Below, in pieces: positions 27,925 through 38,244 of a stretch of DNA of 64,000 nt; position 1 is the first letter of the stretch; the number at the start of each line of letters is the position of its first letter. This DNA is from an uncultured Pseudomonadota bacterium (lineage in GTDB: Bacteria; Pseudomonadota; Alphaproteobacteria; Rs-D84): the NCBI GenBank assembly GCA_902788485.1, contig CADAKI010000001.1, positions 27,927 through 91,926 on the forward strand, given 5' to 3'. The notes beneath the pieces are model-generated. The model was not told the DNA's origin, ran no database searches, and saw nothing but the letters and a program-made list of their open reading frames with translations. The position numbers and the translations under genes are program-made.

Positions 27925-30104
27925 TCAGGGGCACTCACCACACCTTCTTGTTCCATGCGTTCCATAAAACCGGCGGCCTTGTTATAACCAATACCCAAAC
28001 GCCGTTGAATGTATGAAATCGTTGGCTTTTTATCACGAATAACAATCTCTTTGGCCTGGGTATATAAATCGCCATCTTTGGTGGCCTTTAATTCTGCGGG
28101 CGACGACGCCGCGGACATTGCCCCGCCCTCTTCATCCGCCATATCGGTGACGCCGGACGCATATTCGGGTTCCGCCATATTACGCAAGAAATCACCAATC
28201 CGCGTCAATTCTTCATCGGAAATAAACGCCGCATGAATTCGCACGGGGACCCTGCCCGCCTCACTAAATAACATATCACCCATTGCCAACAACTGTTCTG
28301 CGCCCTTTTCACCCAATGTGGTCATTGAATCAATCACACTGCGCGCCTGGAAAGAAACACGCGTCGGGAAATTCGCCTTGATAACGCCGGTAATTGTTGT
28401 GGCATCCGGCCGCTGTGTCGCCATAACCAGGTGTATTCCCGCCGCACGCGCCTTTTGCGCAATGCGTTGAACACACGCCTCGACTTCTTTGCGTGCCAAA
28501 GACATCAGGTCTGCAACCTCGTCAATAATTATCACGATATACGGCATATCAGACAAATCGACCTCTTGCGTTTCAAACAACAATTCACCGGTCTCTTCGT
28601 CCGTTCCAACCGCAACCTGTTGAGTAATTTTTTCACCCGCCTCGCGCTTGGCGGCAACAATTTCATTATAACTTTCGATATTGCGTGCATTCACAATTTG
28701 TAATTGTTTATAACGTTCCTCCATTTCGCGCACCGCCCATTTCAATGCATTTACAGCCGCCGCCGGGTCTAATTTAACAATCGGCGTAATCAAATGTGGT
28801 ATGTCGTCCCAGAATCCAAAATCAACACCTTTTGGGTCAATAATAATCAGTTTGCATTTATCCGGCGTAAAATGATAAACGATGGATGTAATAATCGTTT
28901 GCACGAACACAGATTTACCAGACCCCGTGCGTCCGGCAATCAACATATGTGGCATTTTTGCCAAATCAAAATACATTGGATTTCCACCAATATCCACACC
29001 CAACGCCAATGGAATTTTATACCGCGAATTTACAAATATATCGTTTTCAATCAGACCCCGAAACCGCACCGTTTGCCGTTTCAAATTTACCATTTCCACA
29101 CCAATCAGTTGTGTTGATGGAATATGCGCAATACGAATATTTTCCGTCGCCATGGCACGCGTCATATCTTTCACTGTTTTTGTCACATCGGCGATTTTCG
29201 TTCCATCATCCGGCATAAATTCATACAGTGTCACAATCGGACCGGGACGAATACCGGTGACGGTTCCATGCACATTATATTGTGCAAAATGCACCTCCAT
29301 TGCTTCGGCATTGCGTTTCAATTCCGGCGTCACAATATTTTTACCAAACACAGATTTTTCCAAAAATGCCGGATCCGGCAATTCATATTCAACAACCGCA
29401 TCGGCACGTGCCACACGACGCACAGTGCGTTTTTTCTTGGGCTTTTCTGCTTCGACGGGTTCTTCTTCTGCCTCTTCTGTTTCTTCTTCGGGTTCTTCTT
29501 CTATATCTTCACGCATTGGCAAAATATGAAATGCCGACAATACCCATCGAATTGTTCCCCACGCGATTTTTGCCACACGCACAACATAAGACAATTTAAT
29601 ATTTAACAATACACCCGCCATCCATAAAAAACCAACCAATGACAAAACCCCAAACACAATTTGCCAATTACCAACCAACGCACCAACATCCGCCGACACA
29701 ATCGCACCCAACATACCACCGAACGACGAATTTGGTACCAACATACCAAACCCCATACACCCCAACCCCAGTGCAATAAAACCACGCAAAATATTATATT
29801 CAGGGGTGGCATCGTCACTTCGTCCACCGATAAAATACACACCACCACGCATTAAACATAAAAACAAAAACATCATTGGAATAAAACCAAAAACATATCG
29901 CATAAATGCGATAAAATTACCCATTATTCCATGATGACCAAATGTACTGGCGGTCGCCCACCCATCCAAATATGGGTTATGAAACAACGCCGCCAAAACA
30001 GCAACCGCCCCAAACAAAAACATCAACCCGCCCAACAAACGCCAGGCCAAGTCCTTTAATGCCCCAGATAATTTTTCCGGTAAAAATCTTGATTTTTCAC
30101 TCAT
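27897..30104 (-). CDS. ftsK: DNA translocase FtsK
   Basis: 735 aa. N-terminal 4-5 TMs, a Glu-rich linker (EEEPEEETEEAEEEPVEAEKPKKKR), the motor domain with Walker A GRTGSGKSV and DEVADLM, and a C-terminal gamma winged-helix domain. Confidence 0.9.
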   Translation of the reverse strand: MSEKSRFLPEKLSGALKDLAWRLLGGLMFLFGAVAVLAALFHNPYLDGWATASTFGHHGIMGNFIAFMRYVFGFIPMMFLFLCLMRGGVYFIGGRSDDATPEYNILRGFIALGLGCMGFGMLVPNSSFGGMLGAIVSADVGALVGNWQIVFGVLSLVGFLWMAGVLLNIKLSYVVRVAKIAWGTIRWVLSAFHILPMREDIEEEPEEETEEAEEEPVEAEKPKKKRTVRRVARADAVVEYELPDPAFLEKSVFGKNIVTPELKRNAEAMEVHFAQYNVHGTVTGIRPGPIVTLYEFMPDDGTKIADVTKTVKDMTRAMATENIRIAHIPSTQLIGVEMVNLKRQTVRFRGLIENDIFVNSRYKIPLALGVDIGGNPMYFDLAKMPHMLIAGRTGSGKSVFVQTIITSIVYHFTPDKCKLIIIDPKGVDFGFWDDIPHLITPIVKLDPAAAVNALKWAVREMEERYKQLQIVNARNIESYNEIVAAKREAGEKITQQVAVGTDEETGELLFETQEVDLSDMPYIVIIIDEVADLMSLARKEVEACVQRIAQKARAAGIHLVMATQRPDATTITGVIKANFPTRVSFQARSVIDSMTTLGEKGAEQLLAMGDMLFSEAGRVPVRIHAAFISDEELTRIGDFLRNMAEPEYASGVTDMADEEGGAMSAASSPAELKATKDGDLYTQAKEIVIRDKKPTISYIQRRLGIGYNKAAGFMERMEQEGVVSAPDANNKRQIL

Positions 30105-30158
30105 ACCCCGATTATACCATAAAAAATCCTAAAATAAAAGACAGGTTTCAAAATAAAA

Positions 30159-30185
30159 ACCGACGGTTTTCCGTCGGTTTTTTAT
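30159..30185 (-). terminator. Rho-independent terminator downstream of the PAP2 gene
   Basis: accgacgg-tttt-ccgtcggt hairpin with T-runs on both sides. Confidence 0.5.
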
Positions 30186-30869
30186 TTATTTAATCCGTCG
30201 CACAACCGCCAAAACAACATCGGCGGCAACCATACCAATAAATGCGCCCAACAACACATCTGTTGGCCAATGGGCACCAATCGCCACACGCGACACCGCA
30301 ATCGCAATCGCCAAAGACCAAGTTAAAATTTTGAACCGCGGCATCAACATCCCCAACATAACCAAACCGGCAAACGACAACGCCGTATGTCCCGATGGCA
30401 TGGAATTAAATGCCCACTCAAACGTTCCCGGGAAAAATCCAACAATCCCAAATTCATCAAAAAATATCGGACGCGCACGACCAATTATAACCTTTAATAT
30501 TTCAACAACGATGCCCGACAAAATCAACGAACAAAACACCAAAAACGCATTACTGTTTTTTAATTTTGCATACGCATCCCGTGTCAGAAATTTTATATTA
30601 AACCAATGCATATGTGTCGTCGGGTCGTTTCGTAAATCATATGTTTTTTTCAAATACATCACGATTGTTGCCAAACCAAACACAATAATCCAAACCTTGG
30701 CATCGAAAATATTTGCAAACCAACGCCACGCAACATAATTATATTGCCCCATAAATAAATACAGTGGAATATCATACCACATAACCCCCAACACGACCGC
30801 CACAACAACAACCAATGTTGCCGCAATCAAAAGTTTCCATCTGATATTATTTTGTTTTGAAATAAACAT
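30186..30869 (-). CDS. PAP2-family membrane phosphatase (PgpB/LpxE-like)
   Basis: 227 aa. Acid-phosphatase signature KVIIGRARP ... PSGH ... SRVAIGAHWPTD (KxxxxxxRP / PSGH / SRxxxxxHxxxD). Confidence 0.8.
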   Translation of the reverse strand: MFISKQNNIRWKLLIAATLVVVVAVVLGVMWYDIPLYLFMGQYNYVAWRWFANIFDAKVWIIVFGLATIVMYLKKTYDLRNDPTTHMHWFNIKFLTRDAYAKLKNSNAFLVFCSLILSGIVVEILKVIIGRARPIFFDEFGIVGFFPGTFEWAFNSMPSGHTALSFAGLVMLGMLMPRFKILTWSLAIAIAVSRVAIGAHWPTDVLLGAFIGMVAADVVLAVVRRIK

Positions 30870-30878
30870 GAAAAATCC

Positions 30879-32366
30879 TTATTCTGCAATCAATCTATTA
30901 TATATAACTTTATCTGTTAAAATTTTTGTTGCAACCGCAGACGCCATCATATCTTCATCATCACCACTGGAAAACATTGGGCAACCGCGACGCACGGCGG
31001 CAACATCAACATTTTTATTTTTATTAAAATCTTGAATATTAAAATCATTGTTTATCACATTTACAAAGAACGCATTTTGCTGGCGATTTGAACGAATATT
31101 CGACAAACACACAATCGGGAAAACACCACGTGCATCCAAATCAATACCCGCCCCAGATTTAATAGATTTATTCAATAATTCCAATGCGCCACCATTTGAT
31201 AAATCAATCCGTGTTGCGATACGCGCCGAACCCGCCGTCGGTGTTCCAACCAACACACCACGATTATTTTCATAAATCGATGATGCGATTGCCTCGGGCG
31301 TGCCACGTGTTGTATTCGACATCAATACAACCAACATCGCATCCGTCGCGGCATTGCCACCCGGAACATATTCAACATCTTCGCCGGCGGTCTGACTGAC
31401 CCGCATTACGGGTTTTGCACCCAAAAACAACCCCGCCAATTTTGTCGCAGATTTCGCATCCACACCCGATGCCGCACGCAAATCTAAAATTATACCCGTT
31501 GCATTTTGATATTTTGATAACGCCTCGTTCACGATATTTACGGCATTATCAGACACATTATTTACGATAATTTCCAAAATACCACCTTTATCAATCGGTC
31601 TGAAAATAATATCCGCATCCGTCAAAACAATCGTCGCACGACGCAAAACAACACTGCGATTACCAGACGGCGTCAATAAATGTAATTTTGCCGTCCCACT
31701 GTTTAACCCTTGGAATACTGCATTTAATTCTGCATCCGTCATATCACGCACATTTTTTCCATTTATCATATCAATCAAATCATGTTGATTGATTCCGGCC
31801 GCATCCGCCGGCGAACCACCGATAACCGACCCAACACGAAAATTTCCCCGTTCATCGCGCCAACCTGATATACCGACACTGGTTAAAATACGATTATCAT
31901 AATTTGTCAGTAAATTTTTTTTCGGAATATATTTACCACTTTCATCAATACCCTGCATTAATGCATCAAACGCGCGTTCGTAAATTTCATCCATACTCAT
32001 CGCCGCCAAAGAATCATCCCTATCGCGCATTTTATCAATCAACGCAGTTGTGATTTTTCCATACCCCATCCAATCACCATCACGTGGTTGGGCAAAATTA
32101 CCAACAATAGAATCGCGCCAAACCAAAATAATACGGTCATCTGTCGCCGCCAGGTGCGCATGCGGACTCAAATTTTCTAAACTTTCAATCGCAACAGCAA
32201 TATTTTTTCCACCCCATTGCACAGAATCTAATTTTTCATAAATTTCCGCAAAAGTATTAACCGCCGCGTCACCCACATCGGCACGCGCGACACATACGGT
32301 CAATGCAATTAGCCCTGAACAAATTATTGTTGATATTTTCATCATGCCCTCCTTTGCATCGACCAA
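30879..32366 (-). CDS. ctpA: C-terminal processing peptidase (S41 family, PDZ-containing)
   Basis: 495 aa. Signal peptide, PDZ (GSVIGGSPADAAGINQHDLIDMINGKNV) and S41 catalytic region (GIILDLRAASG...LMSNTTRGTPEAIASSIYENNRGVLVGTPTAGSA). Confidence 0.75.
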   Translation of the reverse strand: MVDAKEGMMKISTIICSGLIALTVCVARADVGDAAVNTFAEIYEKLDSVQWGGKNIAVAIESLENLSPHAHLAATDDRIILVWRDSIVGNFAQPRDGDWMGYGKITTALIDKMRDRDDSLAAMSMDEIYERAFDALMQGIDESGKYIPKKNLLTNYDNRILTSVGISGWRDERGNFRVGSVIGGSPADAAGINQHDLIDMINGKNVRDMTDAELNAVFQGLNSGTAKLHLLTPSGNRSVVLRRATIVLTDADIIFRPIDKGGILEIIVNNVSDNAVNIVNEALSKYQNATGIILDLRAASGVDAKSATKLAGLFLGAKPVMRVSQTAGEDVEYVPGGNAATDAMLVVLMSNTTRGTPEAIASSIYENNRGVLVGTPTAGSARIATRIDLSNGGALELLNKSIKSGAGIDLDARGVFPIVCLSNIRSNRQQNAFFVNVINNDFNIQDFNKNKNVDVAAVRRGCPMFSSGDDEDMMASAVATKILTDKVIYNRLIAE

Positions 32367-32372
32367 TGCTGT

Positions 32373-33245
32373 TTAATATTTTGTTTCGCGTAAATTAAAG
32401 TGATACAAAATAACATTAGAAATATAAATCGATGTCAATGTTCCCATCACAACCGAAAAAGTCATTGCGATTGCAAAATCACGCAACATCAATCCACCAA
32501 ACGCATATAACCCGACCATTGCCAAAATCGTAGAAATACTGGTCATCAATGTTCTGCGCATCATTTCGTTCACCGACAAATCAATCAAATCGTCCATTGG
32601 CATTTTGTGATATTTGTTTATATTTTCATCAATCCGGTCATAGTTTACAACCTTGTCATTGATAGAATAACCAATACCCATCAAAATAACCGCAATCGCC
32701 GTTTGATTAAATTCCAATCCGGTAATCGAAAAGAAACCGAACATTAAAATAAAATCCAATACCAATGACACAAAAGATCCAACCGCATAACCACCACGAT
32801 AACGAATCCAAATATAAACACTCATCAACACAAACGAAACCAACACTGCCAAAATACCGCCGCGAATCAATTCACCGCCAATTTTTGGACCAACAATTTG
32901 CACCTGGGAATATGAAACATTATCGCCCAAAATGTTTTTTATTTGCGCCACGCGTTGATTTTGTTGTATGTCCGTTGAACCTTTTGGCAAACCGACACGC
33001 ACCAAAATTGCCCCACCATCCACAGATTGCAATTCGGGTTTAAATTCCGCCAACGCCACACGCATTTTATCAATGGTGTAATCTGCGGCAACGGGTTTAA
33101 CCTCCATCGATATACCACCAGAAAAGTCAATTCCATAATTCAACCCACGAAATATTAAACACAAAACCGACAATACAACCAATGCACCCGATATCCAATA
33201 CGATAACTTGCGATATTTCATAAAGTGTAAATTCATCAGTCCCAC
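32373..33245 (-). CDS. secF: Protein translocase subunit SecF
   Basis: 290 aa. SecF N-terminus (GLNYGIDFSGGISMEV) and six TMs. Downstream of secD. Confidence 0.9.
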   Translation of the reverse strand: MGLMNLHFMKYRKLSYWISGALVVLSVLCLIFRGLNYGIDFSGGISMEVKPVAADYTIDKMRVALAEFKPELQSVDGGAILVRVGLPKGSTDIQQNQRVAQIKNILGDNVSYSQVQIVGPKIGGELIRGGILAVLVSFVLMSVYIWIRYRGGYAVGSFVSLVLDFILMFGFFSITGLEFNQTAIAVILMGIGYSINDKVVNYDRIDENINKYHKMPMDDLIDLSVNEMMRRTLMTSISTILAMVGLYAFGGLMLRDFAIAMTFSVVMGTLTSIYISNVILYHFNLRETKY

Positions 33246-33248
33246 CTT

Positions 33249-34838
33249 TTACTTATTTTTAATAAAACCAATTTTTTTATTTTTGCCATGCATGTACCAA
33301 TCAATCAACACACGTGACAACACCAGGCACGTAAACAATGTTGTCATCACACCAATTGATAAAGTGACCGCAAAACCACGAATCGGACCCGCACCAAATT
33401 CAAACAAAATCAGTGAACAAATCAAATTCGTCAAATTACCATCCATAACCGTTTTAACCGAACGATTGAATCCCATATCAACCGCACGCAAAGTCGGAAC
33501 ACCGGCGCGTACCTCGTCCCGGATGCGTTCATATGGTAAAATATTTGCGTCCACCGCCATACCCAATGTCAAAACGATACCCGCAATCCCCGGCAACGTC
33601 AGTGTCGCACCAAACAATGCCGACACACCAATAATCATTGCCAAATTTACCAACAACACCACATCGGCAATAACCCCGAACATACCGTATGTCAGTATCA
33701 TAAACAACACAATAAACAACACACCAACCGCCGAACCAATTTTACCAGATACGATTGTATCCGCACCCAATCCGGCCCCAACCGTGCGTTCTTCTATCAC
33801 CGTCAACGGCGCCGGCAATGCGCCACTGCGTAACAACACCGCCAAATCTTTGGCACCCTGTAATGTGAATCCACCAGAAATTTGACCACGCCCCCCGGGA
33901 ATCGGTTCACGAATATTTGGCGCAGACAAAACCCGTCCATCCAAAACAATCGCAAATCGTTCGTTCACATGTTCTGTCGTTAATTTTGCAAACCGACGCG
34001 CCCCCGACGCATCAAAAACCGTCGTCACAACCGGCATATTATTTTGGTCAAAATCCGCCTGGGAATCCGTCAAAGATTCACCCGACACTTCGACGCGTGA
34101 ATACACCGGCACCATTTGTGTCGGATTTTCCATATACGGCAAAAACATTGTGCCGGCCGGTGCACGTCCCGACGCCATTTGTTCCGGACCAACATTTTCA
34201 TTTACCAAATGAAAAGTCATTTTTGCAGTTTGCCCAATCAACTCTTTGATACGTTCAGGATTATCAACACCCGGTAATTGCACCAATATATATTTACCAC
34301 CCTGGGATTGAATAGACGGCTCTTTGGTTCCCAACGCATCAATACGACGACGCACAATTTCAATACTACGCGCCAATGCATCATTTATCATTTCTTGTTT
34401 TTGTTTATCCGTGTACGCAATGCGAACAACACTGCCCGATGAAGAAATATCCACCGCACCCCCCAGGACACTTTTCAACCGTCCCTTGGCACGGGAAATT
34501 TCATCTGTATCACGAACATTTAATGTAATAACACCATCCGCATTACGCAAATTAGAAAACCGAATAATACCACGCGACCGGTCAACCAATGCGGCACGAA
34601 CCTCGTCATACAACTGAACCGATTTATCATGGAACATTTGGTCGGTATCGACCTCTAATAATAATTGCGCACCACCCTTTAAATCCAAACCCAAATTTAT
34701 CGGATGCACCCACGACGGGAAATAACGCGTCGTATTTGGAAACATTGTTGGCACCGCCAACAAAACACCGAACACTGCAACAAAAACAATTGCCAGTTTT
34801 TTTAACATAACAACCCCACCTTTACTTTGATTCAACAC
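33249..34838 (-). CDS. secD: Protein translocase subunit SecD
   Basis: 529 aa. INLGLDLKGGAQLLLEVD, a large periplasmic domain, and a C-terminal six-TM SecD/F core. Confidence 0.9.
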   Translation of the reverse strand: MLNQSKGGVVMLKKLAIVFVAVFGVLLAVPTMFPNTTRYFPSWVHPINLGLDLKGGAQLLLEVDTDQMFHDKSVQLYDEVRAALVDRSRGIIRFSNLRNADGVITLNVRDTDEISRAKGRLKSVLGGAVDISSSGSVVRIAYTDKQKQEMINDALARSIEIVRRRIDALGTKEPSIQSQGGKYILVQLPGVDNPERIKELIGQTAKMTFHLVNENVGPEQMASGRAPAGTMFLPYMENPTQMVPVYSRVEVSGESLTDSQADFDQNNMPVVTTVFDASGARRFAKLTTEHVNERFAIVLDGRVLSAPNIREPIPGGRGQISGGFTLQGAKDLAVLLRSGALPAPLTVIEERTVGAGLGADTIVSGKIGSAVGVLFIVLFMILTYGMFGVIADVVLLVNLAMIIGVSALFGATLTLPGIAGIVLTLGMAVDANILPYERIRDEVRAGVPTLRAVDMGFNRSVKTVMDGNLTNLICSLILFEFGAGPIRGFAVTLSIGVMTTLFTCLVLSRVLIDWYMHGKNKKIGFIKNK

Positions 34839-35139
34839 CCGCCACAGCGTTTTTGTTCACCGTCACAACAACACCATGCGCAATTTCCAATTCAACAGTT
34901 TTTTCATTTATAGATTTAATTGTTCCATAAATACCACCCGCCAAAACGCGATTACCAACCTTTAATGAATCAATCATTTTTTGATATTCCGCCATACGTT
35001 TTTTTGCCGGACGCACCATAACAAAATAAATAATGCCGAACACAACCGCACAGTACAACAACATACCAAACCAGCCACCCGATTGCGCCGCCGCCACATC
35101 ATTTACCACAACATTTGCCGTATCAACTGTATTTTCCAT
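34822..35139 (-). CDS. yajC: Preprotein translocase subunit YajC
   Basis: 105 aa. One TM then MVRPAKKRMAEYQKMIDSLKVGNRVLAGGIYGTIKSINEKTVELEIAHGVVV, the YajC consensus. Confidence 0.85.
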   Translation of the reverse strand: MENTVDTANVVVNDVAAAQSGGWFGMLLYCAVVFGIIYFVMVRPAKKRMAEYQKMIDSLKVGNRVLAGGIYGTIKSINEKTVELEIAHGVVVTVNKNAVAGVESK

Positions 35140-35221
35140 TAATTTCTCCTTTTAATCATGTGTGAAACATAGACAAAAAACCCAAAAAAGTAAAGAAAAA
35201 ATTGCCAAAACCCCATAAAAC

Positions 35222-35257
35222 ATAAAATAAAAAATTCGGCACAAAATTCGTGCCGAA
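35222..35257 (-). terminator. Rho-independent terminator for the gene at 35282-35800
   Basis: Perfect 8-bp stem ttcggcac / gtgccgaa (35235-35257), followed on the minus strand by a U-rich tract (rc of ataaaataaaaaa). Confidence 0.55.
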
Positions 35258-35281
35258 CAAATCCAATAATTTATCACCAGA

Positions 35282-35800
35282 TTAATTGCCCGATGGTAAA
35301 TTTCCATAATACGTGTTACCATTAACCGTTGCACCCTCAATCTTTAACCACACATGATTTGTTGTATCGTTCGTATGTGCCCCCGTTGATACATAACCAC
35401 ATGGCACACCCGACGTACAATTACCCGTCCCCGGCGTCACCAATTTATCACGTTTTAACACCGCAATATTTGCCGTGTTCGCCGTAATTGTTTCCGTTGG
35501 CGTCCCCGAATATCCCGTCGACCCAGTTGGTGCCGCCGTTGCCGCCGCGGCCAAATACCCAACCGTCACAGAATCCACATTCGAACCTGTATTTCCACGC
35601 GCAGTATTTAATTCATTTGTTTGCGGAATAACACCCTTGCGGTAATTGCGTCCATCCAAATCATTTGTTGCGCCATAATTAATATTAAAAACCTTGTTAC
35701 GCACCGTGTTTGTTGTTGCCGCACGAATTGCGGTCTCGTCCGCGTTTGCACCGGCAATTACCAACAACGCACAAAACAATCCGCCAAGAATTTTTTTCAT
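35282..35800 (-). CDS. Secreted hypothetical protein (T/G/N-rich)
   Basis: 172 aa. Signal peptide (LFCALLVIAGANA). The mature part is threonine/glycine-rich and low-complexity. Possibly a surface protein. Confidence 0.45.
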   Translation of the reverse strand: MKKILGGLFCALLVIAGANADETAIRAATTNTVRNKVFNINYGATNDLDGRNYRKGVIPQTNELNTARGNTGSNVDSVTVGYLAAAATAAPTGSTGYSGTPTETITANTANIAVLKRDKLVTPGTGNCTSGVPCGYVSTGAHTNDTTNHVWLKIEGATVNGNTYYGNLPSGN

Positions 35801-35870
35801 AATCCCTTCCTTTTTTTATAATCTTACACAAAATGATAACACATTTTTATATTTACCACAATTAAAAAAT

Positions 35871-37646
35871 TTAACTGCGTTCAAAAATTATATCCAAATC
35901 AGAAATTGGAATAATTTTATACACCGGTCGTCCATGATTACATTGACCACCACGCGTAGTATTTTCAATATCACGCAATAACGCGTTCATTTGGGATACA
36001 TCTAATTTTTGTCCCGCGCGTACCGAATGATGACACGCCCAATTTGCCAATTTCAAATGCAACCGTTCATTTAATTGCACCGAATGCCCATTGGCACGAA
36101 CCTCGTCCGCGATATCATGTAATAAATTTGCCCAATTCAAATCCCAATCGGCGGGCTTTTCAAATATCGCAATCGCATCATCACCAAACGCATCCACGAC
36201 CAATCCCGATGATTTTAATTCATCCGAAACATCCAACACCGCCGCAACATCCTCTGCCCTCAGATTTATAACAATCGGTGTCAATAAAGGTTGTCTTTTA
36301 ATTTCATGTTGCCGCACGCGTTCGTATGTAATGCGTTCATGCGCCGCATGTTGGTCAACAATAATCAAATTATTTTCCCGCGTCGCCAATATATATTTAT
36401 CACCAATCTGACCAATCGCACGCCCCAATGGCATTTCCGAAAACGCATCATCAACCGTTGTTTGCGCAACATCATGCGACGCCAATTTATTCACCACAAA
36501 ATCAGATGTCCCACGCGGTGCAAAAAATCGTGTGTTATCCACATGGGGTGCCGATACATGAAACACACCCGCCGATGACGCACCACCCACACAATCACGA
36601 ACAATATTATTTGCCGGTATGTTCATCTGTTTTGGCACCACATCATCATGCGCCACAATATTATGCGCAACATTTGCCAAGGTTTCAGACAATTTTTCAC
36701 GCAAAGTTTTTATTATAAACGCACGAACATGCGCGGGTTCCAGAAAATGTACCTCGGTCTTGGCGGGTGATACATTTACATCCACATGCGACGGATTTAA
36801 TTCTAAAAACAATGCACACAATGGGAATTCCCGGGCATGCATAACATCCATATATGCCGCACGCAACGCACCAACGACAACTTTATCCTTAATCGGACGA
36901 CCGTTTACAAATAAATATTGGTCAACAGATGACGCCCGCCGCAATGTCGGCACCGATATAAAACCCGTCAATTTCATATCACTCGATTCGGATTTTGCAT
37001 TAACTTCCAACATACGCCCCATAATGTCATCGCCCATCACCGATGCCATGCGTTCCATTAAATCTTGACCTTTTGGGAAAAACCATTTGTTATTCAAAAC
37101 AAAACCAACATCCCGACGCGCCATCGCCAACCGTTTAATAACATCCAACACAGACATTGTTTCCGCCCGGTCACCACGCAAAAACTTTAACCGTGCCGGT
37201 GTGCGTGAAAATAAATTTTTCACACGAATACGCGTACCACTGTCCCATGCCGCGGGTCGTATTTCGCCCGTTGTTGCATCCAAAGACCAACCATTTGGCG
37301 CACCCGCCGCAAATGTATCAATCGTCATATCGGAAACCGACGCGATTGATGGTAATGCCTCGCCCCGGAAACCCATGTATGTAATATTTGTTAAATCGTC
37401 ATCTGGTAATTTTGATGTTGCATGCCGTAAAATCGCGCGCGACAAATCATCCCTGTCCATGCCACGACCATTATCAACAACCGAAATCGATGTCCGCCCA
37501 CCATCAACAATATCAACAACAATTTGGTCTGCCCCCGCATCCAGCGCATTTTCCACCAATTCTTTAACCACACTGGCGGGATTTTCAACAACCTCGCCGG
37601 CGGCAATTTGGTTCACCAAAAAATCGGGCAACACACGCACAGACAT
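35871..37646 (-). CDS. mutL: DNA mismatch repair protein MutL
   Basis: 591 aa. GHKL ATPase motifs (IAAGEVVENPASVVKELVENALDAG; DNGRGM; GFRGEAL) and a C-terminal dimerisation domain. Confidence 0.9.
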   Translation of the reverse strand: MSVRVLPDFLVNQIAAGEVVENPASVVKELVENALDAGADQIVVDIVDGGRTSISVVDNGRGMDRDDLSRAILRHATSKLPDDDLTNITYMGFRGEALPSIASVSDMTIDTFAAGAPNGWSLDATTGEIRPAAWDSGTRIRVKNLFSRTPARLKFLRGDRAETMSVLDVIKRLAMARRDVGFVLNNKWFFPKGQDLMERMASVMGDDIMGRMLEVNAKSESSDMKLTGFISVPTLRRASSVDQYLFVNGRPIKDKVVVGALRAAYMDVMHAREFPLCALFLELNPSHVDVNVSPAKTEVHFLEPAHVRAFIIKTLREKLSETLANVAHNIVAHDDVVPKQMNIPANNIVRDCVGGASSAGVFHVSAPHVDNTRFFAPRGTSDFVVNKLASHDVAQTTVDDAFSEMPLGRAIGQIGDKYILATRENNLIIVDQHAAHERITYERVRQHEIKRQPLLTPIVINLRAEDVAAVLDVSDELKSSGLVVDAFGDDAIAIFEKPADWDLNWANLLHDIADEVRANGHSVQLNERLHLKLANWACHHSVRAGQKLDVSQMNALLRDIENTTRGGQCNHGRPVYKIIPISDLDIIFERS

Positions 37647-37680
37647 CGAACATCCTTACCTTTCTTTTATAAATTTGAAA

Positions 37681-38151
37681 TCAATCTTTGAATTTAACCT
37701 CGATAATTTCAAATTCTTTTTCACCCGACGGCAATTTCACCGTGCAGCAATCCCCCACACATTTTCCAATCATCGCACGCCCCACCGGCGAAGTACATGA
37801 AATTATTTGCCGACCATCCGATTCCACATCAGACAAAATCCGGCATTGCATACGATTACCATCTTCATCTTCGGCAATAACACGTGCACCAAACACAACA
37901 CGATTTCCCGACAAAGAATCCACATCAATCACATTGGCATTTGACACAATACTTTCAATATATTGAATCCGTTTATCAATCTGGCGCTGTTTTTCACGCG
38001 CCGCACTGTAATCGGCATTTTCCGACAAATCACCCAATGACCGCGCCCATTGAACAACACGCAAAATTTCGGGGCGCTGGACCTCTTTTAAATCTTTCAA
38101 TTCTTTTAACAATGCCTCGAACCCGGCACGCGAAATTGGTTTCTTTTCCAT
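37681..38151 (-). CDS. greA: Transcription elongation factor GreA
   Basis: 156 aa. N-terminal coiled-coil with acidic DLSENADY, and a C-terminal FKBP-like domain. Confidence 0.9.
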   Translation of the reverse strand: MEKKPISRAGFEALLKELKDLKEVQRPEILRVVQWARSLGDLSENADYSAAREKQRQIDKRIQYIESIVSNANVIDVDSLSGNRVVFGARVIAEDEDGNRMQCRILSDVESDGRQIISCTSPVGRAMIGKCVGDCCTVKLPSGEKEFEIIEVKFKD

Positions 38152-38244
38152 TTATTTCATCCCATTTTATAAATATAATGCGGAATTATACAACTTCATT
38201 TTAATTTTGCAATTATCAAATATTCGGGTTATAATTCGGAAATA

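Noticed and set aside
28882-29606. 215-aa and 160-aa + strand ORFs inside ftsK
   Set aside because: They are antisense to the FtsK motor domain (Walker A GRTGSGKSV on the minus strand). Compositionally biased, so shadows.
37087-37800. 237-aa + strand ORF
   Set aside because: It is antisense to mutL/greA and is a low-complexity S/T/A/R-rich translation.
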